DNA of 64,000 nucleotides, from assembly GCF_009914755.1 (NCBI RefSeq), contig NC_060933.1, one strand, 5' to 3'. Positions 1 through 12,539 of this stretch are shown in pieces (within the stretch, counting starts at the first letter, position 1; each line of letters begins with the position of its first letter). The notes under the pieces are model-generated. The model saw only the letters and a program-made list of their open reading frames with translations, ran no database searches and had not been told where the DNA came from. The stretch is from the human T2T-CHM13v2.0 reference genome, Homo sapiens. Made by a program: the position numbers and the translations under genes.

Positions 1-2925
1 CACGTGGGAGGAAGGGGGGTCCACCCATTTACGGAAGTCTGGACTCAAGAAGTTAAGTGACTGGCCAGATTCCCACAGCAGCAACCCAGAGCTGAACAGG
101 GGTCTGAGTGTGACCCTGGCTGAATACATGACCGTCTTCATCTACTGAAGAGTGGTCCCAACTTGAAGGGAAATAGAAGTGTGAGCCCTGAGGCAGCACT
201 GTCCTGTCCTTCCAGAACTGCAGCCAGTGTCCCTCCTGCCAGCGTTAACTGTCCTCACCATGCCCTGCCTGAGGGATGTTTCTGAATCGAAGCCGAAGCA
301 CAGTTGCCACCATTCGGCTTCAGGGACGGTCACCCTCCAACAAACCGTGTGACCCTGTGTATTCTGAGCATGGAGGTTAGGGACATGGGCAGCCACAGGG
401 AGCTCCCCAGAGCTAGCCAAGCAGAGCTGCCTCCACCCCCACAAGGACACAGATGGCCTGGCCTAGGAGCTGCCCAGCACTGATTGACAAACAGGGTGTC
501 ACTTGGTTGTGGGTGGGTGTCCCTCAGCCCCCAGCATCCTGAGGAGCCCCAGGGAGCATGCGCTCCTGGGCCCGGACAGCCAGGCTGCCCTGGAGAACTG
601 GAAGGGGAATGAGCCCATTCAGATGCCGGTGTCTGCAGGGACCCTCATGGGCTGTGTAGGCAGTGGACAGGACACAGCCTCCCAGTGTGGATGCCTGGGG
701 TAGGGGACAAATTTGCTGTATAGGCTTGGCCCTGGGGCATGTTCCCAGGCCCCCTCACCCCAAAGTGGAACACAGGCCTGCTCATCCCAGCCCAGCGCGC
801 CACACAGCGCGGCAGTCAGGGCACCTGGCAGCTGGTGGAGCGTGGTTAGATGTAGCTGCCCTGCTCTTCACCAGGGTCTCCCCAAGAGTCGTGGTACCTG
901 ATGCACTTGGGTGAAATTTCATGAAAAATGCCCAAGGACGGTCATGTTTTAAAGTTAGAATCAGTGGATGCGCCATTGAGCAAATTTTGAAGGAAAGGAT
1001 CTGTGGAAAGACAGAAAACCTCTCACGATTCAGACATGCTCCATGATGGCGCGGGTGGCTGAAAGTGAAGGAAGCCGTGATTCATAGAGAAATTCCAACT
1101 CAAACGCCGTCACCCTGCTGGCTCCCCATGACAGAGCAGTGGCCTTCTGCCTGGCCATCTTCCAGCAGCCATGTGCTCCTGCCACCTCCGTCACCTCGCA
1201 CCCAGAGCAGGGGCTTTGCTGTCCTCCCAGGGCCCGCATACATGAGTCCCAGGCATGAGGAAGTGAATTTTTACCTCATCGTCCCTCAGCCAGGGAGGTG
1301 ACCAGGGGCTGGTCAGTGGCAGCCTCGTGGCCACCGTGGGCAGTTTTCTTGTCCCGGCCCCACCTGTCCGTGCCTTGTCCCCTCCCCTCCAGTTTGGCTC
1401 TGCAGGAGGGCAGTGGGTGACCCGGTGGGGCTGTTGTCCCAGTGAAGCCCTTACGGTTCTCCAGACAAAAGGCTGTCTGTGTCCCAGAGCCTGGAAAGTG
1501 TAATTTCGCAGCCAGCGCCCATGATGAAGCATCTTCTCTGGGCGTGAGGAGATGGGTGTATAAATATTCTCTGTCTCTGCCGCTCTTTATTTCCCTGGTA
1601 AGCAGTTGCCCCATTTCTCTAGCTGATGGATTCCCCATCGCAACCAGGGTGGGAGCTGCCTGGCTCTGCAGTCCAGGCGGGAGCTTCTAAAATAATCCTC
1701 ATGTCTTGATTACCTGTGTATCCTCCCTCCCCACCCACGGTCCCGCCCTGGCATCCGTGGAAGACCTCACCATCCCGGTCAGGAGGCAGCAGCCTTGGGT
1801 GTAGGTTTCATGCTGTGTGCTTAACTACCCGCAAGCCTTGTGAGAACAGGAGTGAACCATTCCTGTAATGACAGGGCACCGGGCAGTGGAGAAGTCCGGA
1901 GCGACTTCCAGCCCCATGCGGAGCCGTTTCTATCAGCTGCCAACCTCAGCAGAAACCACAGTGCTCCCCGTTCCCTTCCAGGAGTGCCACCATCAAAACC
2001 GCGGCGGAGGAAGCACACATTAGCCTGCCGCACTCCTGGCGGAGCAACAGCCTCCATTTTCATTCGACTTTAAAGCCGAAAGATGAGGGAGGGTCTAATT
2101 AGTAAAGGGATGCTCTAATATTAATCACCCGCTTAAAATTGACAAGGGAGGCAGTTCATTTAACCACTTAATTGCCACAGGTTTTTATGGGCTGCTGTTT
2201 GCAGACATATTTAATGAAGAAGTTATAAATCTAAGGGAGCTTACAGTTTTAATTTTATACCTAAATATTTTCCTTGTTCTCATGTTTGTAGTCAGTCCTC
2301 AAGAGTGTAGTCACGTGGAATGTTCTTTAAATGAACATATTTGCTAACTGGCGTGATTTCAGTTTTTAAAACACTGGTTCCAGCAATTAGGCATTTTTTT
2401 CAGTTCCCAAATGACTAGAGAAATCCGTCTTGATTATAATTGCTCTTAGCCACGCATATCTAATTTGTGTCTTTTTAAGTGTTAATTAGTAAACAGTTTG
2501 AGCTGACATCTTTATGTGTTTGTGCGTTGAAAAATGGGGCTTATTGCTTATTTAGCTTGGGGCCGATTCCACTAGCATTTACGTCACGACACTGAGGTGG
2601 AATTAATGAAAATGCATTTGGCAGCATGAGGTAAAAAGGATTTTTGAATTCAACTTTTAGACGTCCGCATTGCGTGGGCTTCTGCGGGTCTCTTCAAATA
2701 TACGAGGTTAGCGTAGATTTGGGACCTATGTCCCGCAGGAATAAAGTGAAGCAGATTTTTGTATCAATAATGAAATGGCAGCGTCCCAATTTTATAAAAG
2801 CAAAATGTTCCTATTCCCGCACAATTGTTCATTCTTTCTACTTTTGGAAAGCTTTCCTGGTGCTTATTAGATGTTGAAGAATTTTGTGGCGCGAACTGGT
2901 GCAGCCTGAAAAATGTGCGGTCCCT

Positions 2926-2945
2926 TTGCACCATCTAGTGGTAGG
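2926..2945 (-). promoter_or_regulatory. CTCF motif, reverse orientation
   Basis: Reverse complement reads cctaCCACTAGATGGTGCaa, close to the CCACYAGRKGGCRC core. Confidence 0.65.
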
Positions 2946-3757
2946 ATCTTAAACTGCAGCAGGAAATAAGGTGCCTTTTCTCTGCCTATGAGATTCAATA
3001 TTTCACCGCCCAGAATCCTTGTTATTTCTTTATTTTTCTGTTAGAAAGCTGAAATGTTTGGGGAAATAAATCTGCCTACTTCAGATATTAAAAGTTAGAT
3101 AAATAAAAAGAAACCAACCTAGTCTGCTCCCTTTAATATATTGCTAAAAGACACAAAACTATCACCCAAATTCCTACAGAGCTGTCACACTGAGCTAATT
3201 CCAGCCCAAAACAAAGAAACCTAACGAATTAGTAAAGTAGATGCCTTGCAGAAATCATGAGAGAAGTCTGAGGCTTCTTTTCAAATACAGGATATAGCTT
3301 GGGACCACCGCTTCATAGACTCTACAAGCGTCTGACCACAGCGCAGGAATCAGTTTTATGCCACAGACAAGATTAATTATCTTCCCATAAATTGTTGAGG
3401 TTCTTTTGGGCAGTTTATCATTCTAAGCAGCTCCCCTGCCGATCAAAATTGATTTTTTAAATATTTAGTGTTTCCTGAGTACCAAGGTTGTCCATGTTTA
3501 TAAAAATGCAAACATTACAGGAACATGTAAAAGGTGAACCTCCCCCTCCGTCCACTCCTGCGGCACGTGCACACACACACACACACACGCTCAGCAGGCT
3601 CATGCAGTACTGCCGGCTGCGACCTGCCTCTGTACTATCTAGTATGTCTTACACGTCTTCGCATGTTCCTTTACAGATCAGCCTTACCCTTTTTAATGAC
3701 TATATGTTGTTCCCTTTTATGATTATGCCATAATTTATCTAACCAATCCACTATTGA

Positions 3758-4310
<553 letters not shown>

Positions 4311-4319
4311 TTTGGCCAC

Positions 4320-5720
4320 TCTTCAAGTTGAACAACTTTTCAGGTGCTTATGAGCCACTGTGTTCTCACGCGAGCGTCTTCTGCTCGCTCTCTGCTCAGT
4401 TGTTTTCTATCAGCTTCTGTAGCTTTTGCATTGATTTTAAAGAGCTCTTTACGTTTTAAAGAGAGCAAACTTTTCTCTATGAGTTCAAATACACACACTT
4501 TAATCAGTGTCTTTTCAGCTTGTAAATGATGTGTTCTGCTATACAAAAGTTTCAAAATGTTCGTGGGCAATTTTCTCTGTTTATTTGGGCTTTGTGTCAT
4601 AGTTAGATTATGAAAACATTCACCCCTGTTTTCCCTTATTATTTTATATATTAAAATATTAAATACTTTTCAACTACTTAATCCATCTGAAATTTATTAG
4701 AAGGTAAGAACTACAGACAGCTTTATTTTACCCTAAAACATTAGCCGGTTTTCTTAATGTTGGCGATCTTTCTTTGACTCTTAAATGCCACTTTTATCAT
4801 AGGTAAGTGGATCAGTGGATGTTTTTCTTGATTCCGTTCTGCTCTGTTATTCTATTTTTATATTAGTACCACACTATTCTGAATCTTATCGCTTTATAGT
4901 AAGTTTTAATATAGGTTAGGGTTAGTTCTCTCTTTTTTCCCCCAGAACTTTACTAATTTTACTCACAGGACTATTCTTCCAGTTGAACTTTAGAATCTTG
5001 GGGGCGAAGGAAGTTCCAAAAAGCCCACTCTCGATTTTTATTGGAACTGCATTGAGCACATGGTTGAACAGAATAGTAATCGGAATCTTAGATCAAGCGT
5101 CTCTCCATCCAGAAACAAGGGATGCCTCTTGTAAGCCCAGGTCTTGGTCCTTTCTCTTTAGGTCATTCCTAGGTGCTTTCTGTCTTTGTGGTTCTTGTGA
5201 ACGAGATCTTTTTTCTCATTCTATTTTCTGCCACTTATATGTAAAGCAACCATTGACTTTTGTGTAATATTTCTGGAGCTAGATATCCCTCTGGCTTCTT
5301 TTACTGTTTCTGATGGCTTTCCAGCTGCATTTCATCGGTTCCCCAGGCAGGCAGTTACGTCGCCTGTGAATGCTGAGGCCTCCATCCTGGCAAGGTCGTT
5401 CCTCTTCCTGTGTGCCATTGTCCGACACCTCGGCAGGGACTTGCAGGTCCCCAGGCCTTCTTATGTCATCCGTATTTTAAATGGAAGTTTGTAGTTTCAA
5501 TATTAACCCATAGTGCTGCGTTTTGACTTGCTATTTATAGACATTGTTTTTTTTTTCCTTCATGTTAAAGTGTTAGCCATCTATTTCTGTTTTCCTAAAT
5601 GTTTTTATCAGAAATGGATGGTGGCTTTTGACAAATATCTTTGAATCATCCATTGAGATGATCATATTTTTTCTCCCCAAGCATATTAATACGGTGGATT
5701 GTATTAATAGAGTTCCTAAT
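4320..5720 (-). mobile_element. Degenerate ancient L1 (L1M) fragments
   Basis: T-rich tract with antisense L1 ORF2-like phrases (e.g. gtttttatcagaaatggatg...tttgacaaatatctttgaatcatccattgagatgatcat). Boundaries approximate. Confidence 0.6.
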
Positions 5721-6360
5721 TCCAAGAGTCTTGGAGGCCCCCTTCCCCACTGCCCTTTTGGGTCTTCTCGGCAGCCAATGTCCTGGCAGCCACCACCACC
5801 ACACATCTTGTTCCCGTGGTGGCCCAAGGCATTCATCATATGAATAAGAGAACCAGGCTGAGCCTGCAGAAATAAAGTGAAGCAGAGATTACGTTTGCCA
5901 GGCAGAACCACCTGCCCTGGTTACCGCCATGAGTCATACCCGCTCATGCAGAATTGAAGTCAAGGTGAACATCTCGCCTTTTGCATGTCCTTCAGAGGAG
6001 GATTTTCCTACCCTTTTCTTATGGTCTCTGGGAACTTTTGCACCTCTAGTTTTAGGTAAAGTAATGCCTACAAAGATGAACAAGTGGAAAGCTACCTGGC
6101 ATGTATGTAAAAATAAGCATCAAGACAAAGGGTGGGGAGGGCACCTTTCCAGAGCACCTCACGGCTCTCATTTTCCACCCAGTAACCAGTGGTGGCAATC
6201 AGTGTGGTTTTAAATCTCTTCTACAAACTATCTAGAAGAGGAGAAATACAAAGACTCACTTTTTAGGTGGTATTCAGGTGAATTCTAAAATGCTGACTCA
6301 GTGACCAGGGAGCACCCCACCCCGCCCCAGGGTTGTTTGCAGACACCAAAATAGCATTTA

Positions 6361-6687
6361 GGCCGGGCCCGGTGGCTCACACCTGTAATCCCAGCCCTTT
6401 GCCAAACCAAGGTGGGTGGATCGCTGGAGCCCATGAGTTTGAGATCAGTCTGGACAACATGGTAAAACCCCATCTCTACAAAAAATACACAAATTAGCCA
6501 GGTGTGGTGGTGCATGCCTGTAGTCCCAGCTACTGGGGAGGCCAAGGTGTGAGGATCACTTGAGCCCAGGAGGTCAAGGCTGCAGTAAGCTGAGATCGAG
6601 CCACTGCACTCCAGCCTGGGTAACAGAGTGAGATCCTGTCTCAAAAAAAAAAAAAAAAAAATGAGAGAGAGAGAAAGAAGAGAAGGG
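6361..6687 (+). mobile_element. Alu (AluJ-like) with target-site duplication
   Basis: Full-length Alu; TSD AAATAGCATTTA at 6349-6360 and 6688-6699. Confidence 0.95.
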
Positions 6688-7624
6688 AAATAGCATTTAT
6701 TCAGTGGCCAGGGCATCTGACGGTGCACAGCCCTGCCCAGAGCCTCCACCCAGAGCAGCACAGCTGGACACCCAGGTGCCACAGGGAGGGAAGGGTTGGG
6801 GAGAGTGAGGCGAGAGCAAGTCATGGTTTTGTCTTTGTTCGTCATGCAGCCGTCTTCATTTCCACCACAAAATGTGCTTTCTCCCATTTTTGTTTTGAAA
6901 TACATAGTTTTCTCTATCTTTCATTTTCCTACTTTTAATAGTCACAAGTACGAGAAACGTTTTGCTTTCTTGCTTGCTCTGCCCCCATCATCCTATACAT
7001 GCACACACAAGACACAGTCACTGTGGTGAGATGGCAGTGGACACTCTTCCCAGCTGGGCGCCGTGTAGGGAGTGCGGGGTACTGTGGCAAACTGGAGAGC
7101 ACAGGCCTCTGGAAAGGAGGTCACCTCCACCCACCACCCACCTGTGAGACTGAGGGTTTACTGGGTGAGAATGAGGGTCTGGAATTGTATCTCCCTATGT
7201 TTTTTTCAATAACATCTAGATAAATATTGGCATCCTATGCAAAGTCTTTCCACTTTTCAGTGTTTATGACTATTGTGAAACACCGCACAGGCCAGCACTG
7301 TGTGAACCTGCAGCTTGTACACTGTCTGCATAGAGAAACAGACCAAATCACTAGACTTAGACTCATTTTCATCATCCACAGGTGTGACATGCTGCTGTGG
7401 ATGGGCCCTGGGCTTGGTACTTGACATGCATGAGTTACTGTACCATGGGATGGGCTGTCACTCAGTCATGCCCAGGGGCCCCAGGGCTGTGCAGGCACAG
7501 TGCTGCTGCTACAAGGACTAGAAACCAGGATGACCTTCTACCTGCCCAAGAACTGAGCCCCTAAACTAGCTGCTTTCTCTCCTTTGCATTGAGCTATGCC
7601 CAGAGCCTGATGTATCTCTTCACT

Positions 7625-7945
7625 CACCATCGACTTGTCCACCCACCCACCCACCTACCCACCCATCCATCCACCCGTCCATCCACCCACCCATCCATCC
7701 ACCCACTTACCCAACCATCCATCCACCTACCCATCGCCCCACCCACCCTTCCACCCATCCATACACCTACCCATCACCCCACCCACCCTTCCACCCATCC
7801 ACATATTAACCCATTCACTCATGCACCTGCCCATCCACTCAGCCACTACCTATCCACCCATACCCACCCACTCACTCACCCACCCATTCATCTAGTCACC
7901 CACTCCCCCACCCACCCACCGCTACCCACCCACTGTTCACTCATT
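7625..7945. repeat. (CCAC/CCAT)n low-complexity repeat
   Basis: Degenerate ccacccacccatcc array; explains the H/P/T-rich spurious ORFs here. Confidence 0.9.
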
Positions 7946-10805
7946 CCTGCATTCATTCTAGGCTGTGATCTCTACTGGGCTCTGGAGCTACAGCTGAGGC
8001 TCCACAGCTGCCCTGAGCATGAGAAGGGTATAGAAAGTGTTGTTGTGGTCCGTTCTCCCCGGGGAAGGAACACGCTTCCCAGAGCAAGTGCCCCTTTAGT
8101 GGTCCTTAAGGACACGTAGGACTTTGCCACTTGAGGGAGGAAGAGTGTTCCTGACAGAACTGGCTGGGAGAGGAGAGAGAACCATGCAGGGGAAAGACCT
8201 CTCCCCAGGATGTGGGGCTCAGGGCTCTGCATCAGGGTGGGGAGCTGGGAGTCACTTGCCCTGCTCCTGGACACAGGCCAGATCCTGGGTGGAAGGTGTT
8301 TTGTGAGATAGGGTGCCCTGAAGGTGAGGGCGCTCTCCAGGCCCCTGTCCCCCAGGGGACAGGCAGCCTAGGGCAGGGTGTCCCTCAGAGACAGACTCTC
8401 AGCGTTGTCATCACCCAGTGGGAGACCCAGGCTTGGAGGAGACAGGAGGGGCTGGGTACCGATGAGGATTGACAGAATGACTGGGATGCGGACTAGTAGA
8501 GAGGAAGGGACTGGACTGGCAGATGGCCATGCATTTATTCAGTGACCCGGGCTGGGTGCTGTGCTGGGCAGTGAGGACACAGCAGTGCCCAGACACACAG
8601 GCTTCTGCTTCTGGAGCTCTTAGCTCCAGGGAGCAGGGGCTGAACTGGCTGGAAGTGGGGGGCCCTAGAACCACATGGAACCAGCGGGGCCCTTATTGCA
8701 CCCCCTGGTTTAGGGTGAGACCCCCCAGCTGGATCTGGGGTTCCCTGCTCCTGGGTTGCAGCTCCCAGGTTAGAGCTCATGAACCATCTGGGCGGGCTGT
8801 TAGGAAAACAGAAGTAGCTTCCTAAAGGGTCTGCGGGAGCCCTCACCCACCCCTCTGCCCACGCCCCGAAGTGTGGTCATTGAAGGCCTCTCCCAGCTGT
8901 GCCCTGACCCCGAGGCCTTGGTCAGGTGGTGCAGCCTCATGGGACCTCGGCTCACTCCCCAGTAGTGGCAAGGAGGTTCTGTCCTGCCAGACTACTCGGC
9001 TCCCCACTCCTGACCACAGGGGTCACAGCCCTGAGCTCCAGGCCCAGCTACAGGGCCTCGCTTTCAAAGAGAGCATTGAACAAGGAATCCACCTCATCTC
9101 CGGGGCATGAGGTGAGCATCCTGGCTTCTCCCTACCCCCAAGGCCCACCTGCTCGTGAACAGCCTTCCTCCTAGTGAAGCACTTTCTCACGCTTTCTGGA
9201 GCTGGGGCTTCCCGCTGGGTATGCAGCCTCTCCAATGTCTCTAGAACCATGGCCCAAGTAGGAAGCAAGGACTTCAGCTGGCCCTGCAGCTGCTGGAAGA
9301 AGACGTGCAGGGTTTCCAAACCGAACAGTTGCTCAGAGTCACCTGGGGTCCTTGTCAAAACGCCCACACCCACTGAAGTACTGCCTGGGGAGGGGCCCCG
9401 GAATATGGCTCAGAAAGCAGCAGGCGGCCCACCCTCGTCTCGCGGAAGAGGCCTGCAGGATGGGGCCGTGGGGCCCTGAAGGCCTCTCCCGGGACTGCAG
9501 CGCTTCAGGCCTCGCCATATGACGTGGGCACTGTGCTGGGCCCTGCCTCTCTCCTCCCGCAGGGTTTCAGAAGCCAGGGCTGCATTCCTCATCTTCAGGA
9601 AACAGATGAGGACGTGGAGCCCCTCATGTGAGGAAGCTGAGGCTTTAGGATTTTAGAAACAGGAAGAGCCTGTATCATAGCCGAGGCCGTGGGAGTGCCT
9701 GAGATGGAGGGGGATGACTGGAGTGCTGAGCCGGGGGGGCTTGGAGAAGCAGACAGGTGGGGCTGCTGTACAGAATCTCCCCCACCTCTCCCTGCCTGTG
9801 CTAGGGCCAGGCCCATCCGCCTGCCCAAGCCCACCCATCAGTGTCTGTCCACCCCTGCACCAGACTCTTCTCGTTGGCCCCAGCCTTGGCCCCTTTGGTT
9901 CCCTCCCACCTGTCCTCACCTGGCCCGGCCCCTGCCCTCTGGACTACACCATTCCCGGCCCTACCGTGATTCACCCGTGAGCTCACTAGTTCATGTCTGT
10001 CGGTCTGGCCCCCATGCTGGAGTTGCACCCCAGGAGAGGTAGGTGCCAATGCCTGCCCTAATGCAGGTTTCCCAGCCAGCCCAGCGCCTGCCCCCTGCGC
10101 CTCTCTGGGCCCAGGCCTCGTCCAGCATTGCCCAGCTCACTCTGGGACCTCAGGAAGTCAGATCCTTTCTTGGGCTTCACTTTCCTTCTCTGCAAAGCTC
10201 GGGTGCTGGGAACAGCCCCTTACTGCCTTTTCTCGTCTGGAGCCCTCTAGAGTGTTTAGTATGAGACCTGGTGTGGGAAGGAGGGAGGAGGCTGGAGGGG
10301 CAGTGCACTTGCCTTCCCCTCTGGTGATTAGTGCAATTAATACTGAAATCACCTGAGTGTTTTCAAAAAATGCTGGTGTCCCCGTGCCGGTTAAACCAGG
10401 ACCACTCCTGCCAACCACAGGTGGGGGCCATGCATCACTGTGGTTAAAGCCTTTGGTTCTGATGCATAACCAGGGCTAATTCTCTTCACTTTCAAGGCAC
10501 TTGCACACGAATCGTCCTAGTTGTGGGTAGACCAGTAGGTTCTATTGCCCCCTCTTTGCCTCGAAGCTGGGTGCTTTCCAGGTGCTGCTGGAAGCTGCAG
10601 TTGGCACCTTCTATCACAGGACACTGACCTCACTATGAGAAAAGGCTTTTAGAAGCTGAGACTCTCGCACCGTGGCCTGAGACGCCTGCTTCCATCAGTG
10701 GCAGGGTCCCCGGGACCCCTGGCAGAGCCTCCAGGACCCCTGGCAGAACCCCTGACAGTTACATCTCTTTCCCGAGAGAGGCCTCAGGCCCGGGCTGCCC
10801 AGCTG

Positions 10806-10840
10806 CTGCAGTGGCGGCCTGTGCCCACCAGAGGGCGCAG
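10806..10840 (+). promoter_or_regulatory. CTCF motif, forward, with possible upstream module
   Basis: CCACCAGAGGGCGC at 10825-10838, preceded by CTGCAGTGGC at 10806-10815, which resembles the ZF9-11 upstream motif. Confidence 0.75.
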
Positions 10841-11049
10841 GCCCGGCGCTGCGCAGCTGGACCGGGCTGTGCGGACCAAATGCTTTTTAATTGAAAATTT
10901 TTTTAATTCAAAAAGGATTTGCTGTTTGTTCGCAAGTGCAGGTTTTCCTTATGCAGGAGACTAATGTCTTGAGTAAACAGATCCGGGTCCAAATCCACCT
11001 TCAAAGGTACTCGCTGTTTGCCCAAGGGAGTGAAAGGGCTTCCAGAAGC

Positions 11050-11420
11050 GGCCCCGTCTCCTGGGTAAACACGGCGGGAGGAGCGGGCAGGGACCGCGTC
11101 TGCGGGAAGGCGGCCGCAGCCAGAGGGGATTATGTCGCGGGACATATGTTGAAATTTCATTTGGGGAGTTAGGGAAAACAAGAAGCGGGGGTGGGTGGCG
11201 CTTTTCTCCAGCCAAGATAACCTAAAAAGGGAAAAAATCCCGAGGGAGAGAGGGTGGGGGCGCAATCTGTGCGCCCTCGCGGGGACCGGCGTGGTGCAGG
11301 CAGGAAGGGGCGCCTTCTCCGCCCTCCCCCAGCCCGCGGGCCGGGAGAGAGGAGCTCAGCCCAGCCCGGAGGGCCCAGCCATGCCCTCCCCGTGACCCTG
11401 TCCCCACTCCTGGCCACAGA
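11050..11420. promoter_or_regulatory. CpG-rich intronic patch (candidate regulatory element)
   Basis: Visibly dense CpG (gcggccgc, cgcgggccggg), next to the CTCF motif at 10825. Confidence 0.5.
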
Positions 11421-11962
11421 GACTGGGACAGCGGCACAGGGTCCCCACGACAGCCCCTCTGCCGAATCAGCCAGTTGCTCACACAGGCGTGGAAGCGTCC
11501 TGCTCCCCCGCTCACCATCCAGAAAGCTCCCGCCAGGCCCGGGCCTAGGCTCTCTGGCTGTGGACACTCGGGCTGGGGCTGCAACCGCCCTTAACCTGCT
11601 CTCTCTGGCCGGCCAGCCCTCAGCACTCCCTGCCACCCCCAGGAACCCGGCCCAGTAGATACAGCAAGACCTACTGAAGGAGCAGAAGGGCGCGGCCCAG
11701 GACGCCTCCCCCAGCCCCTCCACTGCCCTGCAGGAACCTGGCTCTGGGCTTTCTCCCTCTATCATCTGAGATGCTTCGCGTTTGCAGGCATCTCCCTGGC
11801 ATGGCCTTGGAGTATCCAAAGTGGAGCACCTCCAAGCCATGTCCCACCCCCTCCCCCTACCAGTCCTTCCCCAGCTCCTTTCTGCACAGCGTGTGGTCTC
11901 TGGCCCTTCCCTCTCTGCCCATCCATGTCCACACCCATTCCCAGGTTCCAGTGATTGGGTCG

Positions 11963-12125
11963 TAGAATTCTCTAAACTGATCCCCAGACCAGCAGCATGG
12001 GGTTACCTGGGAGCTATTTGAAATGCAGATTCTCAGGCCTGGCCCCAGACCTACCCAGTCAGAATCTGCATTTGACCGGGACCCCCCGGGGACTGGTGTG
12101 CGTTCAGAGTTGAAAAGCCTGCTGC
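11963..12125. mobile_element. MER5A-like hAT-Charlie MITE
   Basis: ccccagaccagcagc...gaaatgcagattctcaggcc...agacctac...tcagaatctgcattt, characteristic of MER5A. Confidence 0.75.
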
Positions 12126-12520
12126 ATGTTCTCTCCTGAGCCGGGGCTGATGGCCTAACTATCCACGCCGTAGGCCCTCAGCCCCGCTGTCTCCGCAGGC
12201 ATGTGTGCCCGTGGCACTCTCCTCTGCACCTTGGCACCTATTGCCCTAGGTGCCGTCCATGCCCTTCCCCAGTCAGGCCCCGAATCTGCTTTCAAGATGT
12301 GAATGCCCCCTGCCCCGCAAAGCCCTCCTTGCTCTCTCCGGTGATCCCCACGCCCCGTGCATGTGCCCTCGGAGGTGGCCTTCATGCTGGGCTGTGCTGG
12401 GCATGCCCGCCCCCTCCTCTGCTACCTTGGGAGTCCCGCGCAGGGCGGATGTCAGTGAGGGCTGATGAAGCCAGCCAGGGAATGAATTTGCCGCTGTTCC
12501 CTGCCGTGCATGTGCCCAGG

Positions 12521-12539
12521 CGGCCACCAGGTGGCAGTG
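12521..12539 (+). promoter_or_regulatory. CTCF motif, forward
   Basis: cggCCACCAGGTGGCAGtg, a near-perfect core consensus. Confidence 0.7.

Noticed and set aside
6285-6905. 206-aa minus-strand ORF and similar FFFLRQ.../LECSG... ORFs
   Set aside because: Antisense Alu translations.
7589-8119. His/Pro/Thr-rich ORF
   Set aside because: Translation of the (CCAY)n simple repeat.
10712-10753. Two-copy ~21-bp direct repeat (ggacccctggcaga...)
   Set aside because: Only two copies and no spacers; an ordinary micro-duplication, not CRISPR-like.
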